From a virus (lineage: Duplodnaviria > Caudoviricetes), in the IMG/VR virus record IMGVR_UViG_2829740473_000003, positions 3,016-67,015 of that record: a DNA stretch of 64,000 bases, one strand, 5' to 3'. Both the position numbers and the translations under genes were made by a program. Positions 27,045 to 37,282 of the stretch are shown piece by piece (the first letter of the stretch is position 1; each line of letters opens with the position of its first letter). The notes beneath the pieces are model-generated. The model was not told the DNA's origin, searched no databases, and saw only the letters and a program-made list of their open reading frames with translations.

Positions 27045-27651
27045 CGTCCCATCGTCCTTGTCGGAGCCACGTTGCCGGGTTGCACCACGGCCGATCTGGG
27101 GGCTTGGTCCGCATGTAGCGATCCAGGGCGGCGAGCATCCGGTCGAGCGTCACCGCGCCTCGCTTCATCACGGAATTGAAAGCCTTTTCAGCATCTTGCT
27201 TGCCGACCTTGTGGGGGTAGACCTGCCAGAAGCGTGCGAATGCTTCGGCATGAGAGCGGTCCGGCGCCGGCGGTGCCACGCTGACAGGTGCAGGCTGCAG
27301 ATGGAGGACTGACCCCGCCTGCGGCTGCGGGCTACGCGCGTCCGATGCGTCAGCATCGGAAGAGGGGTGAGTTTCTTTAGAGGGGGTGCAGGGGGAGACC
27401 TTTCTTTCCTGGGGAGGTGTCCCGGCCACGTCACGGGACAGGTCAGGATTGTCCCGTGACGGTCCCGTGACCGTCACGCCCGCGTCCCGTGACCGCTCGC
27501 GCTGCCGCGCCTTTCGATCCCGATCCGCGGCGCGGCGGCTGGCAATTTCCATCTGGACGGCTTCGACCGCTTCGACGGCGATAGCGATCGCCTCTGGTGA
27601 GGCGCCAGCGGCGGCCAAGCGACGAACAAGGTCTGCGATCGAGGCACTCAT
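26812..27651 (-). CDS. Phage replication initiation protein
   Basis: FARFWQVYPHKVGKQDAEKAF and PATWLRQGRWDDE motifs. Confidence 0.75.
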   Translation of the reverse strand: MSASIADLVRRLAAAGASPEAIAIAVEAVEAVQMEIASRRAADRDRKARQRERSRDAGVTVTGPSRDNPDLSRDVAGTPPQERKVSPCTPSKETHPSSDADASDARSPQPQAGSVLHLQPAPVSVAPPAPDRSHAEAFARFWQVYPHKVGKQDAEKAFNSVMKRGAVTLDRMLAALDRYMRTKPPDRPWCNPATWLRQGRWDDEPGPDPIQRGPFPPPPPSPSRSSVGLSAVADWVLESTGGGAPPQASGGFRSDGGAEGYGGGDVLPLGPAPRPRFAG

Positions 27652-27740
27652 GTTCCTCGCCCCCTCCGGGAGCGCAGGTGCGCAGACACCTCAATTGCGG
27701 TACCTGTCGAAGGGCAACTGCGACGACAAGGAAACGCGGG

Positions 27741-28478
27741 ATGAGGGATGGATTGGGAGCGGCGTTGATCTGCTGCCTTGGCGTCGTTATCGGCGTCGTG
27801 CTTGGGTTCGCCTTGGCGGCCACCTTCTGGGATCAGTTGGTCGGCGCCATCAACGAGAACCAGCTGTCGAACTGGCTCGGCTTCACCGGCGCCGTGCTGG
27901 GAGCCCTGGCGACCGTGACAGCGGGCGCGCTCGCCTACGTCGGTGTGCTCTACGGCCATGCTGCCAGCAATCGCGACGCGGCCGTTCACCGGATCACCGG
28001 ATACCTCGCGACCATCCGAAACCTCTATTCGACATGGATGGAGATGCGTGACACCGCAGACACGGATCCTAACCGGTTGATGAAAATCGACACGCTGCGG
28101 AGCCAACTCCAACGGCCGGATATCACCGTCGCCCTCTATGACTCGATCCTGCAGGAGGATCAGGTCGCGATCTTTGTGTTCTGCAACACGCTGAGGGTCG
28201 CGCTCACGCACGGCCATCCTCACCAGCACAACGCGGCGGATATCGCCCTGTACATTTTCGAGGACGTGACACGGGCTCTGACGATCCGAAAGCGGCTTCT
28301 CGAAGAAGGAAAGCCGCTGCGGGAGGTCCAATCCACGAAGTTTCTGCGGCCCGATCCCTACATCAAGGCGCTCTCCTCGGGACAGACCGACGAGCTGGCG
28401 GCGCACAAGGCGTGGGTAAACTTTGCGCCGGCGGTTACCGCCGATCCGTTGCCGGCCCAGTTGGTCGCCGGAGGATAG
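27741..28478 (+). CDS. Membrane-anchored hypothetical protein (moron)
   Basis: Two N-terminal hydrophobic helices followed by a helical domain; opposite strand to its neighbours. Confidence 0.7.
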   Translation: MRDGLGAALICCLGVVIGVVLGFALAATFWDQLVGAINENQLSNWLGFTGAVLGALATVTAGALAYVGVLYGHAASNRDAAVHRITGYLATIRNLYSTWMEMRDTADTDPNRLMKIDTLRSQLQRPDITVALYDSILQEDQVAIFVFCNTLRVALTHGHPHQHNAADIALYIFEDVTRALTIRKRLLEEGKPLREVQSTKFLRPDPYIKALSSGQTDELAAHKAWVNFAPAVTADPLPAQLVAGG

Positions 28479-28547
28479 AGAGAGACAGAGACTGATCTGG
28501 GAACCGCAGTCGGAACCGCCGCGCGTCGAAGCGCGTTGCGACTCGCC

Positions 28548-28790
28548 ATGACACTGAATTGGGACATGCCGCTTCCTCAAACGCTGCGCCTGAAGCGCGG
28601 CGGGGAACTGCGCACCCTCGGCGACGCGGGCCGGTTTGCACTCGACCGCTACGGCTCGGTCATCAAGTCCGAGGGCGTCGAGCACATGCTCGACCTGCTG
28701 CTGCGCGCGGCGGAGACCGGCCGCGAAGGCGATGTCGCCGCAGCGACCGACCAGCTGAAGCACACATTGATGGCAAGCCGGGAAATCTGA
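28548..28790 (+). CDS. Small hypothetical protein (DUF982-like)
   Basis: W..P....L.....LRTL.DA..F pattern, 80 aa. Confidence 0.55.
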   Translation: MTLNWDMPLPQTLRLKRGGELRTLGDAGRFALDRYGSVIKSEGVEHMLDLLLRAAETGREGDVAAATDQLKHTLMASREI

Positions 28791-28940
28791 CGGCCCTCGT
28801 CGCAAGTTGCCAGATGCGCCGAGGCGCGCCCCGTATTCACAAGGCCGTGAACTAAAATACTCGTTTGAAGAAGTCGTTGTCTCGCTTTTTCGACGCGGCA
28901 CACTCGCCTGCATACACGCTTGGAATGCAGGGTAATAGAA

Positions 28941-29294
28941 ATGAGCCAAACTATAAATTTTGACCGCGCTTGGGATATTATCTTGGTTGAATACGAACGG
29001 GTAGCAAAGCTTCATGCAGGCGCCACTCGTCGCGCGCTGGCCCGTTTGGGAGACCGAAAGCTGGTCGTCATCCGGTTTTTGTACGACGCCAATGGTCGCG
29101 ATGGCTTTTGCAAATGCATCGAACTCGGGCGGCCAGAATTGACGTTCGAATGCCTCGTCTGCGCATTCCCAGGGGAGTTCTCGGAGGACATCGTCGCGAA
29201 GGCACGACGAGAGCTGCGTCGCGCTGGCGTTGACGTTGAGGTAGCGATCCGCAATTGCCTCGCGCTTGCCGGGCATCATTCTGCCGCCTCCTGA
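28941..29294 (+). CDS. Hypothetical protein (moron)
   Basis: 117-aa ORF with G..ELTFE.LV..FP..FS...V..AR..L pattern; AT-richer upstream region. Confidence 0.6.
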   Translation: MSQTINFDRAWDIILVEYERVAKLHAGATRRALARLGDRKLVVIRFLYDANGRDGFCKCIELGRPELTFECLVCAFPGEFSEDIVAKARRELRRAGVDVEVAIRNCLALAGHHSAAS

Positions 29295-31288
29295 AAGAAC
29301 GACGGCTGCTCGGAGCGGCGCGCCCGGCGCGGAGCCACCACCTCGCGCGGCACATAGTTGGCACGCACCAGCGCCTCGGCCTCGGTCGGGCAAACCGCGT
29401 TTCCGCACATATGGCCCTGCTGTTCCTGCGTGAAGCGGAGGACGCGGCCGTCCTCATCGAGGCCGTGATCGATGGTGTAGTCGCGCGGGAATCCGTTGGC
29501 GCTGTAGCGCTCGCGCGGCGTGAGCATCCGCATGCAGATATCGACGATGACGAAGGTGGTGCCGTCGATCTCCACAATCACCAGGTCGCCGCCCTCCCAG
29601 CAGCCATGCCCGCGCAGGAACGTGGCCACCTCGCGCGCCCGGGCCTCATGCTCCGGCCCGAAGGGCGGCACAGCGGCGACGGAGGAGACGAGCCCGAAGC
29701 GGTCGCGCACGGTGTCCGTGCGGCCGGGCAGGTCCACGCGGGTCGCGTCTTTCTCGCTGCCGTAATAGACCGTCAGCATCGGCAGCTGCACCACGGCATG
29801 GTGTTGGCCATGGGCCGAATCTGTGCGCAGGGGCTCTGCCGCTGCCGCGTCGCGCCGGTCGGAGCCGCGCAGGGTCAGCATGTGGGCGGCGACGAGGCCC
29901 TGCTGCGCGCCGGTGGTGGTGATGGTGGAGACAGGCCCATCGGCCGCCCGGCCCGGCGCGCCGCCGCGCGGCCCGTCATTGTGCTGGGCGATGAAGGACG
30001 ACACGAGCGCCGTCTTGCCGCCCCCGCCCGCCGTCACAGTGCCCACGGGTTCGCCGGCCTCAGATCCGACCGAGGCGCCAAACTGCCGAGACAGGTGGAC
30101 GACCGCCACACTGCCCTCGTTACCGGTCGGCACTGGCGTCGGTCCTGGCTTGTCGCAGGGATAGGTGCGCGGCTCCTGCCCGGGCCGCTCGCCGTAGCGG
30201 GGCACGAGATAAGGCACCACGACGGCGTTCTGGTCTTTCGGCGACGCCGTGATGGTGTGGAGCGGATCGGCCGGCGAGCGGACGCCGCCGCCCTGCTGCG
30301 CATAGGCGATGACGGGCGAGACGAGGGCATCGTCCCGCTTGCTGGTCATGGCGGTAAGCGGCACGCTCAAGGCTCGGTCGCGCGCCTCATCCCGCGCGGT
30401 GTGGTTCACCTTCACCAGGAACGGCCGCGCGGCATCGAGCACATAGCGCCGCACGCCCTTGGCGATGCGCGCGCCGGTCTTCGGGGCCAGCGGGCGCTTG
30501 GCGGTGATGCCGAGCTTCGCGCGGATCTGCGCCGCCGTGTCGAAGATGGAGGGGATGGGCAGGGTGAAGTCGATGCTGTCCGCCGCCGTCACCCACGGCT
30601 TCAGCTCGCCCGCCGCGATGCGGGCCGCATCCTCCGGGTCCGCCGGATTGCCGAAGGCGCGCTCCGGCCAGACGATGGGCGCGCCGTCGCGGCGCATCAC
30701 CATGTAGAGGCGGCGGCGGATGGTGCCCGAGCCGCTCCACCAGGCGCGCCGCTGGCGCCATTCGATCTTGCCGTAGCCGAGCGCCTTCCACGCCGCAACG
30801 AACTCGCGGAAGGTCTCGCCCTTGCGCACGGGGCAGCGCTTGCCATCCGCCAGCAGCGGACCCCAATCGACGTATTCTTCCACGTTCTCGAGGAAAACGA
30901 CGCGCGGCCTCTGCCATGCCGGGAGCGCCTTCACCCAGCCGACGATGGCCCAGCCGATGCCGCGCGTGGTGCGGTCGCCATCCCGGCGCGGCGCCGCGCC
31001 CTTGGCCTTGGAATGGTCCGTGCAGTCGGGCGACATCCAGAGCATTCCGATGGGCAGGCCGGCGCACATGCTCACGCTGTCCACCGTCGCCACGTCCTGG
31101 ACCATGTGGCGGGTGCCGGGATGGTTCACGCGGTGCATGGCGAGCGCCAGCGGGTCGTGGTTGATGGCGATGTCCGGATCTCGGCCGAGCGCCATGCTGA
31201 TGCCGGTGGAGGCGCCGCCACCGCCAGCGAAGCTGTCGATGACAAGCTCGCGGACCTTGATGCCGGCCGGGAGGGTGTGAGCGTTCAT
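29276..31288 (-). CDS. C5 cytosine DNA methyltransferase with a long variable region
   Basis: DSFAGGGGAS (motif I), SPDC (IV), ENVEE (VI), R.RLY (VIII), GNAVCP (X). Confidence 0.9.
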   Translation of the reverse strand: MNAHTLPAGIKVRELVIDSFAGGGGASTGISMALGRDPDIAINHDPLALAMHRVNHPGTRHMVQDVATVDSVSMCAGLPIGMLWMSPDCTDHSKAKGAAPRRDGDRTTRGIGWAIVGWVKALPAWQRPRVVFLENVEEYVDWGPLLADGKRCPVRKGETFREFVAAWKALGYGKIEWRQRRAWWSGSGTIRRRLYMVMRRDGAPIVWPERAFGNPADPEDAARIAAGELKPWVTAADSIDFTLPIPSIFDTAAQIRAKLGITAKRPLAPKTGARIAKGVRRYVLDAARPFLVKVNHTARDEARDRALSVPLTAMTSKRDDALVSPVIAYAQQGGGVRSPADPLHTITASPKDQNAVVVPYLVPRYGERPGQEPRTYPCDKPGPTPVPTGNEGSVAVVHLSRQFGASVGSEAGEPVGTVTAGGGGKTALVSSFIAQHNDGPRGGAPGRAADGPVSTITTTGAQQGLVAAHMLTLRGSDRRDAAAAEPLRTDSAHGQHHAVVQLPMLTVYYGSEKDATRVDLPGRTDTVRDRFGLVSSVAAVPPFGPEHEARAREVATFLRGHGCWEGGDLVIVEIDGTTFVIVDICMRMLTPRERYSANGFPRDYTIDHGLDEDGRVLRFTQEQQGHMCGNAVCPTEAEALVRANYVPREVVAPRRARRSEQPSFFQEAAE

Positions 31289-33981
31289 TCGGCGGCCTCC
31301 GCAGGGTGTGCGGCGAGGTAGTCGAATAGCGTCGGCCCGGAGCCGCCGGCGGCCGCCGCCTCGGCATAGGCCACGCCGTCGCGCCAGTAGTCGGGATTGA
31401 GCTCCACCCCGATCGCCCTGCGGCCCATGCGCAGCGCGCAATAGGGGACCGTCATGATGCCGCCGAAGGGGTCGAAGACGGTTTCGCCGGCCATGGAGAA
31501 GTCTTCAATGGCGCGCTCGACAATGTCGAACTGGAGAGGGCACAGGTGCATTTCCCGGCCCTTGCGCTGCTGCAGCATGTTCAGCGTGCGCATGCGGGCG
31601 ACGTCGGTGCGGATCGCAGGGTGATCCATGTGGGGCGGTGCCAACATGAATTCCGGCGGCAGCTTGCCCTCGGCGTCCAGGACCTCGCAGAACTCCACGT
31701 GCGTCGCGTGGTCATAGACGTGCGAGAGGTTGAAGGCCTTCCAGCCCCGATAGATGCCTTTCTGGTCCATCCGGATCAGGGCGCGCAGTTCATCGGGCAG
31801 AAGCGGCCGGTCTCCCGAGGATCTCCACACGCCGTGCGCGTCGATCTGCCAACGGGCACGGCTGAAGCCGGGGCCAGGCACCGGGCGAAGCCGCCGGTCG
31901 AAAGGCACGAGGCGCACCCCCTCCCCGACCGGCGCGGCCTTGTCGGGCTGCTCCAGGTGGTCGGCGAAGCATGGCGGCTTTTCCTTCACCACCGGCACGT
32001 CGGCATAGCCGTTGGAGCGATCCGTGGGCGGCTTGCGGAATTCCAGGACGTATTCGGGGAGGCCCCGGCCGTGGCGCGTTCCGTCCTTGCATTGCTCGGT
32101 CCAGCCGAGACGGTAGGAGCCGGCGTTCTCCCGCACCACGTCCGTGCCGACAGTCACCCGCGCCATGAAGGCCCAGCCATGCTTGCGGAAATGGGCGATG
32201 CAGTCGTCGGAGAATGGGTTGACGGTCTGGAAGCCGAATCCGTTGATGCCCCCGGGCACGATCCGGTCCTTCACATGGATGATGGCCGTCCGCCCCGGCT
32301 TCAGGATGCGCAGCAGCTCCGGGGTGAGGAAATCCATCTGCGCCCAAAAATGGGCGTCATCGTCGGTGTGGCCGAAATCGTTGAACGACGGGGTGTATTC
32401 GTATTGCGTCGAGAACGGGATGCTGGTGACGATGAGGTCGACGCTGTTTTCCGTCATCGACCTGGTCTCTTCGACCGTGTCGTTGTGGACGATCCGGTAG
32501 GTTTCGCCGCGCGCCTCCTGCCGGACCACGCCCATGGAGCGTCCCATGGCCTTCTCGACCGCCTGCTCGGCGAGGCCGAACCGCCGGATGATCGCCGACA
32601 TGCGCGCGGCCTGCTCATCGAACTGGCGCCAACGGCGTTCCAGCGTCCGCCGCATCTCGCGTTCCGCCTCGGTGTAGATGAGATCGAGGCGCACCGGCCG
32701 CGTCTGGCCGAAGCGCTGGGTGCGGAACACCGACTGGATGAAATCGTGAAACTTGAAGCCGATGCCGAGATAGACGTTCCAGGCGCAGTGGCCTTGGAAG
32801 TTGCAGCCAGCGCCATTGAGCACGGGCTTCGTCGCCAACTCCGCGACCTCGCCCCGCGCGAAGGCGATCACGCGCCGCTCGCGCTCCTCGAGGTCCTGTG
32901 AGCCCCACACCGAAACGACGGACGGCACCGCCTTTTCGATGGCGGCCCGCTCAGTCTCCAGGTCGTGCCAGATCAGCCGATGCGCCGCCGGATCCTCGGC
33001 GCGGATCTCCATCATCTTGGCGACGCGGGCGTCCAGCGAAAGCTTCTTTTCGCGCGCTGCCTCGGTCACGCCGTGGGCCGAATTCGCCAACAGCCGCAAT
33101 TGGCCGTCTTTCTCTGCGCCCGCGGCGGTGTGGTCGGACGGGATCTCGTGCCAGCGGATATCGAGCGGCGGCAGGTCGTACCCTTCATCGGGGAAGCCGA
33201 GGTCGGAGGGCTTCTGGACGAACAGCGCCCAGCTGGCGACCCACAGCCAGAACTCCTCCTCCTTGTGCGGGTGGAGGCTGAGCTTGTCCGCGTGCTCGCT
33301 GTCACGCTTGAAGAAGCGGGTCTTAGCCTCGCCCACGTCCATCACACCGAGGAACGCGGCATAGGCCAGCAGCTCTATATATTCGTTCGGATCCGGCACC
33401 GCCGTGGCGACGAACCGATAGCGCACGCCGGCGTGCTTCCGGCCCGCCTTCCGATCATCGCCCGCGAAGGTCGCCATGAACTCCCGGAACGTCTTGGTGC
33501 CGCCGAAGCCGCGCAGGCAGGCGGCCTCATCGAGCGAAGCCGCGGTGAACAACAGCGGATCGAGCTTGCCGTCGCGGATCGTCTCGTAGTTGGTGAGATG
33601 GATCACGACGTCCACGCTGTCCGGCGCGTTGGGCGCCTCCATCTCGGCCGCCGAACGGATGAACTTCAGCCGGATGTGCGGATGCCGCGCCTCGACCTCG
33701 AGGAAGAATTCGTGGCGCACGCCGAGCGGCACCACGATCAGCCCATGGCCGCCGGCATGCATGAGGCACTGACGGATCACCTCGAGCTGCGTCGACGTCT
33801 TGTGCAGGCCGAAGCGCAGGAAGAGCGCGCGTCGGCCGCCGCGGCAGGCCCACGGCACGATGGCGCGGGTCATCGGCTTCAGCATGCGGTTCACGCTCGC
33901 GGGCGAGACCTCAAAGCCGAGCATGGGCGCGGTACGGACCTTCGCCTTGAGAAAATCGTGATAGTCGGCATGGGCGTTCAT
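31285..33981 (-). CDS. SNF2-like helicase fused to an N4/N6 amino-DNA methyltransferase
   Basis: N-terminal GLHKT, LDE, ATAVP..N, RTQRFGQ motifs; C-terminal TSIPF and DPFGG..GVEL motifs. Confidence 0.85.
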   Translation of the reverse strand: MNAHADYHDFLKAKVRTAPMLGFEVSPASVNRMLKPMTRAIVPWACRGGRRALFLRFGLHKTSTQLEVIRQCLMHAGGHGLIVVPLGVRHEFFLEVEARHPHIRLKFIRSAAEMEAPNAPDSVDVVIHLTNYETIRDGKLDPLLFTAASLDEAACLRGFGGTKTFREFMATFAGDDRKAGRKHAGVRYRFVATAVPDPNEYIELLAYAAFLGVMDVGEAKTRFFKRDSEHADKLSLHPHKEEEFWLWVASWALFVQKPSDLGFPDEGYDLPPLDIRWHEIPSDHTAAGAEKDGQLRLLANSAHGVTEAAREKKLSLDARVAKMMEIRAEDPAAHRLIWHDLETERAAIEKAVPSVVSVWGSQDLEERERRVIAFARGEVAELATKPVLNGAGCNFQGHCAWNVYLGIGFKFHDFIQSVFRTQRFGQTRPVRLDLIYTEAEREMRRTLERRWRQFDEQAARMSAIIRRFGLAEQAVEKAMGRSMGVVRQEARGETYRIVHNDTVEETRSMTENSVDLIVTSIPFSTQYEYTPSFNDFGHTDDDAHFWAQMDFLTPELLRILKPGRTAIIHVKDRIVPGGINGFGFQTVNPFSDDCIAHFRKHGWAFMARVTVGTDVVRENAGSYRLGWTEQCKDGTRHGRGLPEYVLEFRKPPTDRSNGYADVPVVKEKPPCFADHLEQPDKAAPVGEGVRLVPFDRRLRPVPGPGFSRARWQIDAHGVWRSSGDRPLLPDELRALIRMDQKGIYRGWKAFNLSHVYDHATHVEFCEVLDAEGKLPPEFMLAPPHMDHPAIRTDVARMRTLNMLQQRKGREMHLCPLQFDIVERAIEDFSMAGETVFDPFGGIMTVPYCALRMGRRAIGVELNPDYWRDGVAYAEAAAAGGSGPTLFDYLAAHPAEAAE

Positions 33982-34214
33982 GCGGCCGTGCTCCCTTGGT
34001 CGGCGGCCCGGCGCGCATCGGCGCGATCCGCGAGGTGCTTCAGCGTTTCGGCAATGGCTTGCTTGTGGGTCAGGCGGATGCGCATGAGAGCCAAGGCCTC
34101 CGGCGTGCGCTTCGACTTCTCGTCGCGTGTACCGGCGAGGTTCTCGATCCAGTCGCGATATTCCATCGCTGCCAGTTCGGCTTCGTCGGCCTGGGTGCGG
34201 AGGGAGACGGTCAT
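33978..34214 (-). CDS. Hypothetical protein (78 aa)
   Basis: 4-bp start/stop overlaps with both neighbours. Confidence 0.55.
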   Translation of the reverse strand: MTVSLRTQADEAELAAMEYRDWIENLAGTRDEKSKRTPEALALMRIRLTHKQAIAETLKHLADRADARRAADQGSTAA

Positions 34215-34753
34215 ATCTGCGGGCCCCCCAGCTTGCGGCAGATCGCGTCCACGTCCCGCGCGATGGGGGGCCCATCGGCGATCATCGCCTCGATCTTCTG
34301 GCAGTTGTGGAGCGCCGTGGTGTGGTCGCGTCCGAACCTGCGGCCGATCTCCGGGAACGAATGACCCACGAATTTCCGGCACAGGTACATCGCGACCTGA
34401 CGCGGAAGCACGTAGGGGTGAAGGCGGGAACTGGACAGAATGTCGACCCGAGGCACGTCGAAATGCGCGGATACCGCGGCGATGATGAACGAGGTGGCGC
34501 CGGGCCCTTTCAGCCTATCGGCTGCGGCGCGGCGAGTGCGGACATGGGCATCCGCCTGGGGATTGAAGCCATAGAGGCCCCTTTGGCGTTGGCGCCATTC
34601 CCAGACGTGCATGCAGGCATCTTCGCCGGTGATTGCGGGAGGCGCTTCGCGCCGCGCAGCAGCCGTGAACCTGCCCATCCGCTCCTTGTGCGCCTCGTGC
34701 TGCTTCCGAAGCTCAGGGCTGTTCACCTGCATGTGGACGGGAAGCGAGTTCAT
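34211..34753 (-). CDS. DnaA C-terminal HTH domain protein
   Basis: RQVAMYLCR..SFPEIGRRFGRDHTTALH motif. Confidence 0.85.
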   Translation of the reverse strand: MNSLPVHMQVNSPELRKQHEAHKERMGRFTAAARREAPPAITGEDACMHVWEWRQRQRGLYGFNPQADAHVRTRRAAADRLKGPGATSFIIAAVSAHFDVPRVDILSSSRLHPYVLPRQVAMYLCRKFVGHSFPEIGRRFGRDHTTALHNCQKIEAMIADGPPIARDVDAICRKLGGPQI

Positions 34754-34980
34754 TCCTCCCTCCGAGCAGCTGCAGCCGCGTCGATCATCGCGCGGGTCGC
34801 GGGATCGACCGTGCGGATGGGAAAGCCGAAGTGCGCGGCCGGGAACTGGCAGGTCACGACGGTCGGCTCCCGGCATTCGGAGAGCAGTCGGCCGAGCCGC
34901 CGGCGCTTCATGGCGTTGGTGCCTTTGGCCTTGATGGCGGAGCGGTGCTCCTTTTGGCGGTCTGAGTGGGCTGCCATCAC
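34750..34980 (-). CDS. Hypothetical basic protein (76 aa)
   Basis: 4-bp overlaps with both neighbours. Confidence 0.5.
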   Translation of the reverse strand: MMAAHSDRQKEHRSAIKAKGTNAMKRRRLGRLLSECREPTVVTCQFPAAHFGFPIRTVDPATRAMIDAAAAARREE

Positions 34981-35597
34981 TGCGCCCTCCCCGCCTGCAC
35001 TTCATCGCCAAGCATCTCGCGCATGGCGCCGAGGCCGATCGGGAGGAAGCCGGGGATCTGGCGGGTCTCGCCCGTGGCAAACCACTTCCCGGCGATGCGC
35101 CGCCCGGAGAGAGCGAACTGCGCCACGGCCTCATCGACCGTCGTGCCCACGAACCAACGGGCGACGCGATGCTCCTCGCCGGTCTCCACCTGCAGATCGC
35201 GCAAGCGGCGTTCGAGATTGGCGGACAGGCCGATCCGCACCACATCCGGTGCGGTGACGGGATTGGCGAAATAGACAAAACCCACCAAGTTCGGTGCGAT
35301 CGGCGGCAGGTTGAGCACGGGCATCGCTGGCGGGCGGCGGCGGAACTTCAGCCACGCCTCCACGGAGCCATGCCGGACGATGGCCGCGACGACGGTGCGA
35401 GCGAAAGCCGGCGTCGAACCGATGAACCGGCCGGCGGCATAGAAGGCATTCCGATCGTCAGGCTCGCCGACAGCGAGCATGGGCTTCAGAAGGTCGGCCA
35501 GGTAATGGAGCCGTGGTGCGGTCGGCGTGAGACGGTTGGTGAGCGCCCTCACCTGCTCCGCCACCTCTGGCGAGGACATGGACGGGATCGCGGACAT
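34977..35597 (-). CDS. GIY-YIG / T5orf172-like domain protein
   Basis: GFVYF..VRIGLS.NLERRLRDLQ..KWF motif. Confidence 0.65.
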   Translation of the reverse strand: MSAIPSMSSPEVAEQVRALTNRLTPTAPRLHYLADLLKPMLAVGEPDDRNAFYAAGRFIGSTPAFARTVVAAIVRHGSVEAWLKFRRRPPAMPVLNLPPIAPNLVGFVYFANPVTAPDVVRIGLSANLERRLRDLQVETGEEHRVARWFVGTTVDEAVAQFALSGRRIAGKWFATGETRQIPGFLPIGLGAMREMLGDEVQAGRAQ

Positions 35598-35796
35598 GGA
35601 ACCTCCTTCAGGGCGCACGGGAGCGCCCGGCGAAATGCCGGTCATTGCGGATCGGGTGATGTGAGGCGGCCGAGCCGCTGAATTCAGCGGGGGCCGTAAA
35701 GCGCCGTGTACCAGACGCCGAGCGCTAGACCGGCCATGGCAAAGGCGATGCGCTCGGCGATCACACCCGCCGCCCGAAGAAGCGCTCTACGGTTGC

Positions 35797-36237
35797 TCAC
35801 CGGTCGTCTCCTTCAGCCAAGGGGCGATCTTCAGGGCGAGCCCCTGCGAACCGCTCGAGCACCAAAGCAAGCACCTCGCGACGAAGGTCCGCGTCCACTT
35901 CCACAGCTCTCGCGACAAGCTCGCCGAGGTCTGCGGTTCGTTCGATTTGGCCTCGGGCATGGGCTTCCGCCTTATGGTTTGCCGCTTCTAGGGCGGCATA
36001 TGCCGCGTTGATCCCATCTCGGACGGATGACTTCGGGTCCGACACCAGCCCGTAAAAGATCTTCCGAGCTTGGCTAAACGAAATGCCTGAGGCACGCGCA
36101 GCCCTTCGGAAAAGATCGTCGCGGTTCTCGGCATAGCCGCCCAGCGCCCTGACCTTCTGTGAGAGAGGAATGTCGCAATTCACGGAGCCCCCCTCTCTAT
36201 TTCGATTTCGGAACGGATTCTTCCGCATTCGGAACAC
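35797..36237 (-). CDS. Putative CII-position transcriptional regulator
   Basis: HTH-like RAARASGISFSQARKIFYG; lies downstream of cro in the early operon. Confidence 0.55.
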   Translation of the reverse strand: MFRMRKNPFRNRNREGGSVNCDIPLSQKVRALGGYAENRDDLFRRAARASGISFSQARKIFYGLVSDPKSSVRDGINAAYAALEAANHKAEAHARGQIERTADLGELVARAVEVDADLRREVLALVLERFAGARPEDRPLAEGDDR

Positions 36238-36916
36238 TCCACGCGATAGCTTCGCAAACGTGGAGAGGAGCTCGACACATGCTTTTTCTCACTGCGGATA
36301 ATCTTGGCAGATATGCCGTAGCGAGCGTCGATAGAGGCCCCCAGCCGGCCGGAACCGGCGTGGGGGAAGATGGCCAGCGGGGCAATCGAAACGCTGGCCG
36401 GGAGGAACTCGGCGCTTGGCAGAGCGCAGGAACTCTCACTGGCAAGATCGTGGAGCGAATTGGACAGGATCGGGCCGCGCGCAATGCCCCGCGCGAGACG
36501 GCCCGCGCGCCGGCGGCAGGAGAAGTCGCACTCAAGGGCCGCCGGCGCCCCAACCATCAGGAGGGTCATGTGACGATCGGGATGACACGCGTCTTCGCTA
36601 CTATCCTCGCTGGGCTGGCGCGCGAGCGGCCGGACCGTGGCGAGAGCCTGCTCGGCTATGTTGAGGCCGAGGCCGGGTACCTCAGGGACAAGATGCCGGG
36701 CACGGCGGACGCGATGCGTGAGGCGTGTGCCGAAGCGCGCCGTCTGCGCAGTCGGGACCGCGTCGCGGCGGAATAGATGCGTCGGACGGCTGGATTGACG
36801 GCAATGTCTACCGGGCAGAGCCCGGCGGCGGGGACCGATCCAACCTTTCATCGACCCGAGGCCGACGCGCCCCGGGCGGCAATACCCCGCCCAAGAATTC
36901 TGCATCTGTCGGGGGC

Positions 36917-37282
36917 TCAGCATCGCGCCGCCTCCGCCTTCATGGCGCTGACACGGCGCGCGGCGATTTCCTCGCCATAAAGCTCGGCGAAGTCGACATA
37001 GTCGTCATGGAGATTGCGAGGCACCCACTGGGGCACGATCTCGCTCTTCGGCGGGCGGCCAGCGGATCGGCCGGCGCGCGACAGGTGCGCCCGCTTCGCC
37101 GGGTCAGAAAACCGGATGATCTGAGCCTGCGAGCGGGTGGGCAGCTTGATGCCGGCCCACCTCGCCCACTTGGCGATGCAGCTCGGCGCCACGCCGATCG
37201 CCGCAGCGATCTCCTTGGCGATCCGCCCTTCAGCGGCCATCTGGCGGACGCGAGCGATATTCTCGGGGGTGCGCTTAGTCAT
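36917..37282 (-). CDS. HTH protein (GcrA-like N-terminus)
   Basis: VRQMAAEG..AKEIAAAIGV..IAKWA; start overlaps the cro stop codon. Confidence 0.6.
   Translation of the reverse strand: MTKRTPENIARVRQMAAEGRIAKEIAAAIGVAPSCIAKWARWAGIKLPTRSQAQIIRFSDPAKRAHLSRAGRSAGRPPKSEIVPQWVPRNLHDDYVDFAELYGEEIAARRVSAMKAEAARC

Noticed and set aside
29255-34485. Long plus-strand ORFs (688, 451 and 506 aa) opposite the methyltransferases
   Set aside because: Shadow frames of motif-supported minus-strand genes
36159-36923. Overlapping ORFs on both strands between the CII-like and GcrA-like genes, including a possible 68-aa plus-strand ORF at 36570-36776 with an AGGAGG RBS
   Set aside because: No recognisable motif and conflicting frames; cannot decide which, if any, is real
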